A stretch of 64,000 nucleotides of DNA from Alphaproteobacteria bacterium (GTDB lineage: Bacteria > Pseudomonadota > Alphaproteobacteria > UBA828), in contig CBDCGS010000011.1 in the NCBI GenBank assembly GCA_965216915.1, positions 523,230 through 587,229 of the forward strand, read 5' to 3'. Within the stretch, counting starts at the first letter, position 1. Each line of letters begins with the position of its first letter. The notes under the pieces are model-generated. The model was given only the letters and a program-made list of their open reading frames with translations. It did no database searches and was not told the origin of the DNA. The translations under genes and the position numbers were made by a program. Below, piece after piece: positions 9,421-18,824 of this stretch.

Positions 9421-10926
9421 TTACACGGCCTCCGACGTGAGCGTCACCGTATAGCCCCAGAGCCGCTCGACATGCTTGATGACGGCCTCGTTCGTCTCCT
9501 TCTCGAGCGGCACGCCGTCACGCTGTGTGTGGCGCAGCTTGAGGCTGCGATCGCCCTTCAAGTCGACATCGAGGACTTCGATGTTGGGCTCGGCGACGCT
9601 TAGATCGTGGGCGCGCGCAAGCGCGGCGCGCACCCGCCGATAGCCGACCTCATCGTGAATGTCCGAGACCGTGTAGTGGCTCTTCTTCTCCTCATCCCGC
9701 AGGACGAAGAGCTTGAGCGTGCGGATCACATGCGGGCTGAGATATTGCTGGATGAAGGATTCGTCGCGGTAGTTGGCCCAGGCGTCCTTGAGCGCTGCGC
9801 GCCAGTCGCCTGAGCCCGCGAGCTCGGGGAACCATTCCCGATCCTCCGCCGTGGGCACCTCGCACATGCGCTTAATGTCCGACATCATTGCGAAACCGAG
9901 TGCGTAGGGGTTGATGCCGCGATAGCGCCGATCGTCGAAATCGGCCTGGAACAGCACGTTCGAGTGACTGTGCAGGATCTCGAGCATCGCGCCCTCGGTG
10001 AGAAGGCCGCGATCGAACAGCTGGTTGGTGATGTAGTGATGCACGAAGGTCGCGCAGCCCTCGTTCATCACCTTGGTCTGTTTCTGCGGATAGAAATATT
10101 GTGCGATGTTGCGGACGATACGCAGCACCTCGCGCTCCCACGTCTTCAGGACGGGGCTGTTCTTTTCGACGAAGTAGAGAAGGTTCTCCTCGGGCAGCTT
10201 GAGCTTCGCGCGCTGGGTCTCCTCATCCGGCTCGGCGGGCTCCGGCGTGTCCTCATCGGCGCTCTTCGGCACGGTGCGCCAAAGGTCGTTGAACGTGCTC
10301 TCTTCGTTCTCACGTCGCAGACGCTCCCGCGCGTCGCGCTCGGATTGCGTCAGCTTGGGCGGTCGACGGTAGCGAAAGACGCCATGATCCATCACGGCGT
10401 GCGCGGCATCGAGGATCTCCTCGACCGCGCCGACCCCGTAACGCTCCTCGCAGCGGGCAATGTAGCTCTTCGCGAACTGGAGATACTCAAGAATGCCCTC
10501 GGCGTCGGTCCACTGGCGGAACAGCTCGTTGTTCTTGAAGAAGTGGTTGTGGCCGAACGCGGCGTGCGCCATCACCAAGGCCTGCAAGGCCATGGTGTTC
10601 TCTTCCATGTTGTAGCTGATGCAGGGGTTCGAATTGATGACGATCTCGTAGGCGAGCCCTGCGTAGCCTTTGCGATAGGCGCGCTCCTCGCGGGCGAAAC
10701 GCTTGCCGAATGACCAATGCTGGTACATCAGCGGCATACCGACGGAGGAGTAGGCATCCAGCATTTGCTCGGAGGAGATGATCTCGATCTGATTGGGATA
10801 GACGTCGAGTCCGAGATCCTCGAGCGCGACCTCCTCGATTGCGCGATAGGTGCGCTCGAGCGTGTCGAAATCCCACTCGGAGCCCTCGAAGAGCGGCGTG
10901 ACCTTTTTCTGCGCGACCGCGCTCAT
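9421..10926 (-). CDS. SpoVR-family protein (E. coli YcgB-like), third gene of the prkA operon
   Basis: Conserved SpoVR blocks (MPLMYQHWSFGK, YEIVINSNPCISYNMEENT, AHAAFGHNHFFKNN). The start ATG overlaps the upstream stop (ATGA). Confidence 0.9.
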   Translation of the reverse strand: MSAVAQKKVTPLFEGSEWDFDTLERTYRAIEEVALEDLGLDVYPNQIEIISSEQMLDAYSSVGMPLMYQHWSFGKRFAREERAYRKGYAGLAYEIVINSNPCISYNMEENTMALQALVMAHAAFGHNHFFKNNELFRQWTDAEGILEYLQFAKSYIARCEERYGVGAVEEILDAAHAVMDHGVFRYRRPPKLTQSERDARERLRRENEESTFNDLWRTVPKSADEDTPEPAEPDEETQRAKLKLPEENLLYFVEKNSPVLKTWEREVLRIVRNIAQYFYPQKQTKVMNEGCATFVHHYITNQLFDRGLLTEGAMLEILHSHSNVLFQADFDDRRYRGINPYALGFAMMSDIKRMCEVPTAEDREWFPELAGSGDWRAALKDAWANYRDESFIQQYLSPHVIRTLKLFVLRDEEKKSHYTVSDIHDEVGYRRVRAALARAHDLSVAEPNIEVLDVDLKGDRSLKLRHTQRDGVPLEKETNEAVIKHVERLWGYTVTLTSEAV

Positions 10927-12275
10927 CCAGTCGCTCCGGATGATTGGGCCGCGGCGACCGAGGGTTCGTTGCGCGCGGCGAAGAGCTGGCGAAACACCGG
11001 ATAAATGTCGGCCGGGCTCGCGATATGCTTCATCGCGAAATTGGGCCACGCCTCCTCGACGGGCTTGTAGGCTTGCCAGAGCACCGAGCCGCGCGGGCTC
11101 GACTTCAACTCATCGAGGCCGCGCTTGTCGATAATCTCGACATAGGCGTAGTACTGGCAAAGCGGCATCAGCTCCTCGGTGAGGATGCTCTGGCAGCGGC
11201 CGGCGTCGCCCGAATAGTCGTCACCGTCGGAAGCCTGGGCGCAATAGATGTTCCACTCCGAGGTGTTGTAGCGGTCGCGCACGATCTCCTGCATCTTGCG
11301 GAGTGCGGTGCTCACGACCGTGCCGCCGGTCTCGCGGGCGTAGAAGAACGTGTGCTCGTCGACCTCCTCGGCGTGATGCGTATGGCGGACGAAGACCACG
11401 TCGATCCGCTCGTAACGACGCTGCAGGAAAAGGTGGAGCAAGACGAAAAAGCGCTTCGCAAGATCCTTCTCGCGCTCGCCCATGGAGCCTGACACGTCCA
11501 TCAAGCAAAACATGACGGCGTTCGAGTTGGGCTCGGGGTGTGATTCGAACCGGTTGTAGCGAATGTCGACCGGATCGATGTAGGGCACCGTCCGGAGGCG
11601 GCGCGCCACGGTCTCGAGGAGCGCTTGCAGCGCCGCGAGCCTCTCCTCCTCTTCCGGGGTGCGCGGATCCTTCGCCTGCAGCGCCTCGATCTCGGCCCGC
11701 AGCAGGTCTTCCTCGTCCGTTTTCGGACGCCGGAGCGCGATGCGCCGGCCGAGCGCGTTGCGCATGGTACGGATCACGTTGAGGTTGGTCGGCGTGCCCG
11801 CCGTCGCAAAGCCGGCGCGGTGCGGCTTGTATTGCACCACCTCGCGCAGGCTGGTCTTCACGAGATCCGGCAGCTCCAAATCCTCGAAGAAAAGGTCGAG
11901 GAACTCCTCGCGCGAGAGCGTGAACTCGAACCCGTCCTCGCCGTCGCCCTGGTCGCTCGCCTCCTTGCCGCTTCCACCCCCGGCGCCGCCGCCGGCGGGT
12001 GGCTTCTTGATCTTGTCGCCGACCTGATACTCCTTGTTGCCGGGGAGAATCATGTCGCGCGTGCCGCCCGATTGGGCATGGCGCCACCGCGGCTCGCTGA
12101 TCCCCTTGGTCGGAATGCGAACCTGCTCGCCCGATCCCGCATCCGTGATGCTCTTCTCGGTGACGGACCGGTTGACCGCATCCTTCACAAGCGCCCGCGC
12201 GCGCCGGATGAAGCGTTGCCGGTTGCCGAGGCTCTTCTGCTTCGGGTTCCGGCGGCGGTCGATGAAAAAGGGCAT
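10923..12275 (-). CDS. YeaH/YhbH-family protein (DUF444; vWA-like)
   Basis: DUF444 signature regions (VMFCLMDVSGSM, gly-rich GGGAGGGSG). The ATG directly abuts the prkA stop (TAAATG). Confidence 0.9.
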   Translation of the reverse strand: MPFFIDRRRNPKQKSLGNRQRFIRRARALVKDAVNRSVTEKSITDAGSGEQVRIPTKGISEPRWRHAQSGGTRDMILPGNKEYQVGDKIKKPPAGGGAGGGSGKEASDQGDGEDGFEFTLSREEFLDLFFEDLELPDLVKTSLREVVQYKPHRAGFATAGTPTNLNVIRTMRNALGRRIALRRPKTDEEDLLRAEIEALQAKDPRTPEEEERLAALQALLETVARRLRTVPYIDPVDIRYNRFESHPEPNSNAVMFCLMDVSGSMGEREKDLAKRFFVLLHLFLQRRYERIDVVFVRHTHHAEEVDEHTFFYARETGGTVVSTALRKMQEIVRDRYNTSEWNIYCAQASDGDDYSGDAGRCQSILTEELMPLCQYYAYVEIIDKRGLDELKSSPRGSVLWQAYKPVEEAWPNFAMKHIASPADIYPVFRQLFAARNEPSVAAAQSSGATG

Positions 12276-14210
12276 TTAGCCGGCTTTCGAAACCCGCATG
12301 TACCACTCGACCAAGCGGCGAACCTGACGCTCGGTGTAGCCGCGATCGGTCATACGCTTGACGAAGTCGGCGTGCTTGCGGTCGGTCTCGCTGTCCTTCT
12401 TCGAGCCGAAGCTGATCACCGGCAACAGCTCCTCGACCTGGCTGAACATGCGCTTCTCGATGACGGTGCGCAGCTTCTCGTAGCTCGTCCAAGAAGGATT
12501 GGTGCCGTTGTTCTGGGCGCGCGCGCGCAGGCAGAACTTGACCACCTCGTTGCGGAAATCCTTCGGATTGGCAATGCCCGCGGGCTTCTCGATCTTTGAG
12601 AGCTCCGCATCGAGGACGGCGCGATCGAGCATCTGGCCGGTGTCGGGATCCTTGTAGTCCTGCTCCTCGATCCAAGCGTCCGCGTAGGCGATGTAGCGAT
12701 CGAACAGGTTCTGCCCATACTCGGTGTAGGACTCGAGGTAGGCCTTCTGGATCTCGTTGCCGATGAATTCCGCGTAGCGCGGCCCAAGCTCGGCCTTCAG
12801 GAACTCGAGATATTTGTTCTCGACATCCTCGGGAAATTGCTCGCGGCGCACGGCGCTCTCCAGCACGTACAAGAGGTGGACCGGATCGGCGGCCACCTCC
12901 TCGGTGTCGTGGTTGAAGGTCTCCGAGAGCACCTTGAACGCGAACCGAGTGGAAACGCCGGTCATGCCCTCGTCGACGCCCGCCGCGTCGCGATACTCCT
13001 GCATCGACTTGGCGTTGGGATCGCTGTCCTTGAGGTTCTCGCCGTCATAGATCCGCATTTTCGAGTGGAGCGACGAGTTCTCGTGCTCGTGCAGGCGGGT
13101 CAACACGGAGAAGCGGCTGAGAATGTTGAGGGTCTCGTCGGCGCAGGGCGCCTCCGCGAGCTCGCTGTCCTTGAGCAGCTTTTCGTAAATCCGCGTTTCC
13201 TCGGTGACGCGCAGGCAATAAGGCACCTTGACCACGCAGATCCGGTCGAGGAAGGCTTCGTTGTTCTTGTTGTTCTTGAACTGCTGCCACTCGGCCTCGT
13301 TGGAGTGCGCGAGCACGATGCCCTGGAAGGGGAGGCCACCGAAGGTCTCGGTGCCGACATAGTTGCCTTCCTGCGTCGCTGTGAGCAGCGGGTGCAGCAC
13401 CTTGATCGGCGCCTTGAACATCTCGACGAACTCGAGCAAGCCCTGGGTCGTGCGATTGAGGCCGCCGGAGAAGCTATAGGCGTCGGGATCGTCCTGGCTG
13501 AAGTGCTCGAGCTGGCGGATGTCGACCTTGCCGACGAGGGCAGAGACGTCTTGGTTGTTGTCATCGCCGGGTTCGGTTTTGGCGATGCCGATTTGGCGCA
13601 ACTTGGAGGGGTTCATTTTGACGACGGTGAAGCGGGACACATCGCCACCGAACTCGTCGAGGCGCTTGACCGCCCAAGGCGAGGCGCTGGCGCCGAGACG
13701 CCGCTTCGGAATGCCGTACTTCTCCTCCAGCACCGGCGCCATCTCCTCGCGATCGAAGAGACCGAGAGGTGATTCGAAAAGCGGGCTCGTTTGATCTCCG
13801 GCCTTCAGCACGTGGATCGGGTGCTTCTCCATCAGAAGCTTCAAACGCTCGGCGAGGCTCGACTTGCCGCCACCGACCGGGCCCAGCAGGTAGAGAATCT
13901 GCTTTCTTTCCTCAAGGCCCTGCGCGGCGTAGCGGAAAAAGCCGACGATGCGCTCGATGGTCTCTTCCATGCCGTGGAAGTCGCTGAACGCGGGATAGAC
14001 CTTGACGGTGCGGTTCAAAAAGATCCGGCCGAGGCGCGTGTCTTGGCTGGTATCGATGAGCTTCGGATCACCCACCGAGGCGACCATGCGCTCGGCCGCG
14101 CTCGCATACATCATCGGATCGTCGCGGCAACCGAGAAGGTAGTCTTGCAGGGTCATCTCCTCGGCTTCGTTCCGGGTGTAATACTCGGAAAAGAGATCGA
14201 TCACGTTCAT
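12276..14210 (-). CDS. prkA: PrkA-family serine protein kinase (E. coli YeaG-like), 644 aa
   Basis: Walker A LLGPVGGGKSSL and an extensive PrkA/YeaG-like sequence. The start was chosen at MNVIDLFSEYYTRNEAEEMT (ATG at 14208-14210). Confidence 0.9.
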   Translation of the reverse strand: MNVIDLFSEYYTRNEAEEMTLQDYLLGCRDDPMMYASAAERMVASVGDPKLIDTSQDTRLGRIFLNRTVKVYPAFSDFHGMEETIERIVGFFRYAAQGLEERKQILYLLGPVGGGKSSLAERLKLLMEKHPIHVLKAGDQTSPLFESPLGLFDREEMAPVLEEKYGIPKRRLGASASPWAVKRLDEFGGDVSRFTVVKMNPSKLRQIGIAKTEPGDDNNQDVSALVGKVDIRQLEHFSQDDPDAYSFSGGLNRTTQGLLEFVEMFKAPIKVLHPLLTATQEGNYVGTETFGGLPFQGIVLAHSNEAEWQQFKNNKNNEAFLDRICVVKVPYCLRVTEETRIYEKLLKDSELAEAPCADETLNILSRFSVLTRLHEHENSSLHSKMRIYDGENLKDSDPNAKSMQEYRDAAGVDEGMTGVSTRFAFKVLSETFNHDTEEVAADPVHLLYVLESAVRREQFPEDVENKYLEFLKAELGPRYAEFIGNEIQKAYLESYTEYGQNLFDRYIAYADAWIEEQDYKDPDTGQMLDRAVLDAELSKIEKPAGIANPKDFRNEVVKFCLRARAQNNGTNPSWTSYEKLRTVIEKRMFSQVEELLPVISFGSKKDSETDRKHADFVKRMTDRGYTERQVRRLVEWYMRVSKAG

Positions 14211-14312
14211 CGCTAGACCTGACCTTTCGGCGTATCGACGCCGCGGCTTGGAGCGACGCGGGGAGCGCCGCCATGTTTGGGCGGGGTGTGGACTGGTCTC
14301 CGGCAGCAACAC

Positions 14313-14744
14313 GCGCTTGCGTGTTCCCTCGAGCGGCCGGGCAGTCCCCGGTGATATGGCGCCGTCATCATGGGGTTCGTTGATTCCTCACGGCGTGCGT
14401 CGCCGCGTTCAAGAACCTGAAATGCGCACCATGTATTAGCGTCCGTTGCCTCTTAAATTAGGGTAAATATCGTTGAAAACAATAACAAATCATGAATTTC
14501 TTTCTGCAACGAAGAGTAAGTCGTTGTATTATTTCGTATATTGCGCTAGATTCCAGCAACGAGTCAGCACAATGCAACCATCGAACGAGTAGAAAAATCT
14601 CTATAATTATCAATAGATTATAAGGCGGCACGCACACAGCCGCCCCCAGCGAGCGACGCCTTAAATTTGCCGCATTTTTCTCATTATTCTCTTGGAAATA
14701 CTCGGCATGCCGCCTGGCGCCGAAATCCGGCGCGCGCGGGCGCG
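14313..14744. promoter_or_regulatory. AT-rich (low-GC) non-coding island between the hydantoinase operon 3' end and the prkA start; contains the prkA promoter and a long leader
   Basis: GC content drops abruptly (e.g. TTAAATTAGGGTAAATATCGTTGAAAACAATAACAAATCATGAATTTC) in an otherwise GC-rich region. No ORF with coding character is present. Confidence 0.4.
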
Positions 14745-17700
14745 TCAGCCGGCAGCCTCGCGCGAGCGCCCGTAGGCTTGGAGTCCCTCCGGCGTGACGA
14801 AGCCGTCCAGCAGATCCTCCCGGATGGCATCGTCATCGCGCTCTTTCGGGTCGCCCCAACCGCCACCGCCGGGCACCCGCACGAGGATCTGATCGCCGCG
14901 ATGAAGTGCGATGTTGACGAATTTCGTCGGGCTGACCGTGCCGAACACCTCCTTGAAGGTGCGGAAATCATCGTCGCCGACCCGCTTGACGAAGAACCCC
15001 GTGGGCGCGCCCGGCTGGCCACTCATGAGGCCGAAGGGCCCCTCGGTGATGCGATCCGTCAACGCGCTGACACTGACCTCGTCGGCAACCACCTCGAACT
15101 GCCGCCAGCAACCGAGGCCGCCGCGCCACTTGCCGGCGCCGCCCGAGTCCGGGCGGATCTCGTATTTGAGGACGCGTAAGGGGAAGCGGGTCTCGAACAC
15201 CTCGATCGGCGTCGCTCGGATCGTGCTCGCATGGGCGCAGCAAAGCGCGGTGTTGCCATCCTTGCCGAGCCGGCCACCCCAACCGCCACCCTCCAGCTGG
15301 TAGTGGGTCCAATAATCGCCCGTGTCCGGGTGAATACCGCCGAGCAGCAGGTTGCAGGCCGTGCCGCCCTCGGCAGCGCTCACCATCTCGGGGACGGCTT
15401 TCGCGAGCGCCTGCTGCACCGCGGCGATGATCCGCGGTTGCCCTTCGGTGTTGCCCGCGACGCTCGGCGCCGGAAACACCGGGTTCGCGACCGTTCCGGG
15501 CGGTGCGACGACGCGCAGCGGTTTAAAGCACCCGCTATTGAGCGGCACGTCGCGCGCGCAGAGCGTCTGCAGCACCGCGGTGCAGCCGGCGGCGGCCGTC
15601 GCGACATAGGTGACGTTGATTGGGCCGCGCGCCTGCTTGTCCGACTCCGAGAGGTCGACGACGATCTCCTCGTCCCGGATGTGCACGGTCGGGCGGAAAT
15701 AGTAGCGCTCGGCGGTGACCCCATCGTCCTCGAAATAATCCTCGGCCTTGTAGATGCCGTTCGGAAGCTTTCCGATCTCGCTCCGCATCCACTGCTCCGC
15801 ATGGTCGACCAGCGCGTCGCAAATTCGCTCGAAGGTCTCGATGCCCAAGCGCTCCACAAGGGCGCTGAGGCGCTGCTCGGCGGTGTTGAGCGAGCCGATC
15901 ATCGCGTGGAAGTCACCCCAGGTGGTGTTCGGCGTGCGGTGATTGGCGAGCGCGATGCGCCAGACATCCTTCACATATTCGCCGCGCGAGATCAGCTTCA
16001 CCGGCGGCAGCCGCAAGCCCTCTTGAAACACCTCCGTCGCCGTGCTCGCGAACGAGCCGACCGCCATGCCGCCGATCTCCGCGATATGCGCGATGTTCGC
16101 CGCATAGCCGACAAGCGTGTCGCCGACGAAAACCGGCTTCATCAGCAGATGCTCGGGCATGTGGCACTGACCGCGGTAGGGGTCGTTGTGAACGATCACA
16201 TCGCCCGGCTCGATCGGGTCGTCCATCTCCTTCACGCAAAGCGGCACGGTGTGGAGTCCGGCACAGATGATCGCGGGGTTCATCTCGGCCTGGCCGACCA
16301 TGCGCAGCTGCCGATCGAACAGGCAGCACGAGAAGTCGCGCGACTCGCTGAAGATGGGCGAATAGGCGGTGCGCACCATCGCGCTTTCCATCTCGTCGCA
16401 GATGTTGCCGAGCGCGTTGTTGACCACGGTCAGCGTCACCGGATCTTGCTCGGGCGCGAGCCGGCCGGTGCCGACGGCCGCGGCGGCCTGCGGGAGGCTC
16501 ACGATCAGGCTGCCGTCCGCCCCGATCTCGACCGTGCTCTGCGGCGGCACGAGCGTCGTGGAGTCCATCTCGTCGATGATCGCCGGCCCCGCGATCGTGG
16601 CGCCCGCCGCCAGCGCCGCACGGCGATAGACCGGCGTCTCGAGCGGCTCGGCGTCGTCGAAATAAACCGCGCGGTGCGCATGCGGCTCTCCCGAGCCCGT
16701 GGCCGGCGCGCGCAATCTCGCGTCGGTCTGCTCCTCGCCGCGCGCGATCACGCGCACCTCGGTCAGCTCCGCAACCTTGTCGCGGAGCGCGTAGCCATAG
16801 AGCTCCTCGTGCTGCCGGTGCAGGCCTTCGAGCGCGCGGGCGAACGCAGCCTCGTCGAGCGACAACGTGTCGAGCTGCACGAGCTCGCCGAAGTTCTGCC
16901 CCATGTAGCGCATGTTGAGGAAGCCGGTCACCGTCGCGTCACCCGCCAGACCGTCGCGCTTCAGCTCCGCGACCGCCTCGTGGGCCAGGGTCTCGAGCTG
17001 CCCATTCAAGGCGGCGAGATCGACCGTGTCCGAGCGATGGTTGACGGTGCGGGCCCGGTCAACCCGCAGGTCGGTGAGCAGCGTGCCGAGCGCCGAGCAG
17101 AGGCCGGGATGCGGCGGGACCACCACCTTCCGCATGTCGAGCGGCGCCGCGACGTCGACCGCATGCAGCGGTCCGGCGCCGCCGAAGGCGATCAGCGCAT
17201 AGTCGCGATGGTCGATCCCGCGCTCGACGGTCATGAGCCGGATGGCGTCGGCCATGTTCTCGGCCGCCGTTTCGAGGATCGCGCGCGCGGTTTCCACCGC
17301 CGTGAGGCCGAGCTCCTTGCCGAGCCCGCCCACGGCCTCGTGAGCGCGGGCCGCATCCAACCTCATCTCGCCGCCGAGAAAGTAGTCGGGATCGAGCCTG
17401 CCGAGCACCACGTTCGCGTCCGTCACCGTCGGCTCGGTGCCGCCGCGCCCGTAGCAGGCCGGACCCGGGTCGGCGCCCGCGCTGCGCGGGCCGACCCGCA
17501 GCAAGCCACCGACATCGACGTAAGCGATCGAGCCGCCGCCCGCGCCGATGGTCGTGTAGTCGATGAAGAGCGCGCTCACCGGCACACCCCATTCAACCTC
17601 ATATTCCGTCGTGGAGCCGAAAGCGCCGTCGGTGATGAGCCCGACGTCGCAGCTGGTGCCGCCCATGTCGAGCGTGACGCCATTGCCGTCCGCGTGATCC

Positions 17701-18530
17701 CGCGCGAAGCGCGCGCCGGCGATGACGCCGCCGGCGAGCCCCGACAGGAGCAGCTGCACCGGCACATCGCCGGCCGATTCGGCCTGAACATGGCCACCGT
17801 TCGATTTCATGAGCGAGAGCGGCGCGTCGATGCCCGCATCCCCCAGGTCGGCCGAGAGGCGGCCGACGAAGCGGTCGATGATCCGCTTGATGAACGCATC
17901 GGTAATCACCGTCGCGCTGCGCTGGTATTCGCGCCAAATCGGGCAGACGTGATGCGAGAGCGAGACCGGCAGATCCGGGAAGCGCCCGGAGAGATAGGCG
18001 CCGATCGCCTCCTCGTGACGCGGATCGACGTAGGAGAACAGAAGATTGACCGCCACCGCCCAATCGGTGTCGGGCGCGGCCTCGAGCCAGCCGGCGACCC
18101 AATCGCCCAGTCTCGCAAGCTCGGCGTCCGCGAGCGCGATCAGCACGTTGCCCTTGTGGTCGACGCGCTCGCGGATCCCGAACACGTGCCGGCGCAGCAC
18201 ACCGGCCGAGGGTTTCTCCCAGGCCGGGTTGTAGGCCTCCTTGCGCGCGATCAGGCCGATGATCGGAACGTCCTGAACGCCCTCGGTGCCGACATAGAGC
18301 ACCGTCGCGCCCTTCTTCTGCAATCGCGCGTTGGTCGCGATGGTGGTGCCGAGCACGATGCGCCCAATCTCGTCGGGCGCGAGATCGCTCTGCCGGAGCG
18401 CGGCGAGCGGCGCCTGCGCGGGCTCCTTCGGCGTGGAAGCGACCTTGACGGTGCGGATCTCTCCCGTCTGGTCGTCGAGCGCGACGAGATCGGTGAAGGT
18501 GCCGCCGGTGTCGATGCCGACCCTATACAT
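14745..18530 (-). CDS. Fused hydantoinase A (HyuA-like) + hydantoinase B (HyuB-like) / 5-oxoprolinase-like ATP-dependent amidohydrolase, 1261 aa
   Basis: The N-terminal half matches the Hydantoinase_A fold (MYRVGIDTGGTFTDLV). The C-terminal half is Hydantoinase_B-like. This single-polypeptide architecture is like eukaryotic 5-oxoprolinase. A strong RBS GGGAGGGG precedes the ATG. Confidence 0.85.
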   Translation of the reverse strand: MYRVGIDTGGTFTDLVALDDQTGEIRTVKVASTPKEPAQAPLAALRQSDLAPDEIGRIVLGTTIATNARLQKKGATVLYVGTEGVQDVPIIGLIARKEAYNPAWEKPSAGVLRRHVFGIRERVDHKGNVLIALADAELARLGDWVAGWLEAAPDTDWAVAVNLLFSYVDPRHEEAIGAYLSGRFPDLPVSLSHHVCPIWREYQRSATVITDAFIKRIIDRFVGRLSADLGDAGIDAPLSLMKSNGGHVQAESAGDVPVQLLLSGLAGGVIAGARFARDHADGNGVTLDMGGTSCDVGLITDGAFGSTTEYEVEWGVPVSALFIDYTTIGAGGGSIAYVDVGGLLRVGPRSAGADPGPACYGRGGTEPTVTDANVVLGRLDPDYFLGGEMRLDAARAHEAVGGLGKELGLTAVETARAILETAAENMADAIRLMTVERGIDHRDYALIAFGGAGPLHAVDVAAPLDMRKVVVPPHPGLCSALGTLLTDLRVDRARTVNHRSDTVDLAALNGQLETLAHEAVAELKRDGLAGDATVTGFLNMRYMGQNFGELVQLDTLSLDEAAFARALEGLHRQHEELYGYALRDKVAELTEVRVIARGEEQTDARLRAPATGSGEPHAHRAVYFDDAEPLETPVYRRAALAAGATIAGPAIIDEMDSTTLVPPQSTVEIGADGSLIVSLPQAAAAVGTGRLAPEQDPVTLTVVNNALGNICDEMESAMVRTAYSPIFSESRDFSCCLFDRQLRMVGQAEMNPAIICAGLHTVPLCVKEMDDPIEPGDVIVHNDPYRGQCHMPEHLLMKPVFVGDTLVGYAANIAHIAEIGGMAVGSFASTATEVFQEGLRLPPVKLISRGEYVKDVWRIALANHRTPNTTWGDFHAMIGSLNTAEQRLSALVERLGIETFERICDALVDHAEQWMRSEIGKLPNGIYKAEDYFEDDGVTAERYYFRPTVHIRDEEIVVDLSESDKQARGPINVTYVATAAAGCTAVLQTLCARDVPLNSGCFKPLRVVAPPGTVANPVFPAPSVAGNTEGQPRIIAAVQQALAKAVPEMVSAAEGGTACNLLLGGIHPDTGDYWTHYQLEGGGWGGRLGKDGNTALCCAHASTIRATPIEVFETRFPLRVLKYEIRPDSGGAGKWRGGLGCWRQFEVVADEVSVSALTDRITEGPFGLMSGQPGAPTGFFVKRVGDDDFRTFKEVFGTVSPTKFVNIALHRGDQILVRVPGGGGWGDPKERDDDAIREDLLDGFVTPEGLQAYGRSREAAG

Positions 18531-18732
18531 CGGCCCCTCCCTTCGCGCTTGCCTCGGCGACCTCAGCCATGAGACGGCGCTTCACCCCGGCGCAGCTCTC
18601 CTCGCAGAACTTTTCGCCGGGAAACTCGTCGTCCGCCCAGTAGGCGCGCGCCATCATGATGCCGCAGAACGAGCAGTTGAAAATACGCGTGTCGTACCAG
18701 GCCAGGTCGAACGGGACCCACTTGCCGCTCAT
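18523..18732 (-). CDS. Small Cys4 (zinc-ribbon-like) protein, 69 aa, translationally coupled to the fused hydantoinase
   Basis: Motif C-x2-C ... C-x3-C (FNCSFCG ... KFCEESC). RBS GGAGGAGG precedes the ATG. The 3' end overlaps the hydantoinase start by 8 nt. Confidence 0.55.
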   Translation of the reverse strand: MSGKWVPFDLAWYDTRIFNCSFCGIMMARAYWADDEFPGEKFCEESCAGVKRRLMAEVAEASAKGGADV

Positions 18733-18824
18733 GCCGCCCGCCTCCTCCCATCGGGTTTGTTGGCGAGGAGGTTTTCACGCGTCGCAGCGGGGGTCAACTG
18801 GGCCGCACGGCCTCGGCCCTGTGG

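Noticed and set aside
11221-12675. 484-aa minus-strand ORF in an alternative frame over the yeaH/prkA genes
   Set aside because: Arg/Gly/Pro-rich frame artefact; the real YeaH and PrkA frames show strong family conservation.
14211-14744. Search for a sigma-54 (TGGCAC-N5-TTGC) promoter upstream of prkA
   Set aside because: No convincing match was found by eye on the relevant strand. A proper position weight matrix scan is needed before any claim.
15231-18572. 1113-aa plus-strand ORF antisense to the fused hydantoinase
   Set aside because: Arg/Ala/Gly-rich, no domain signatures; shadow ORF of a GC-rich gene.
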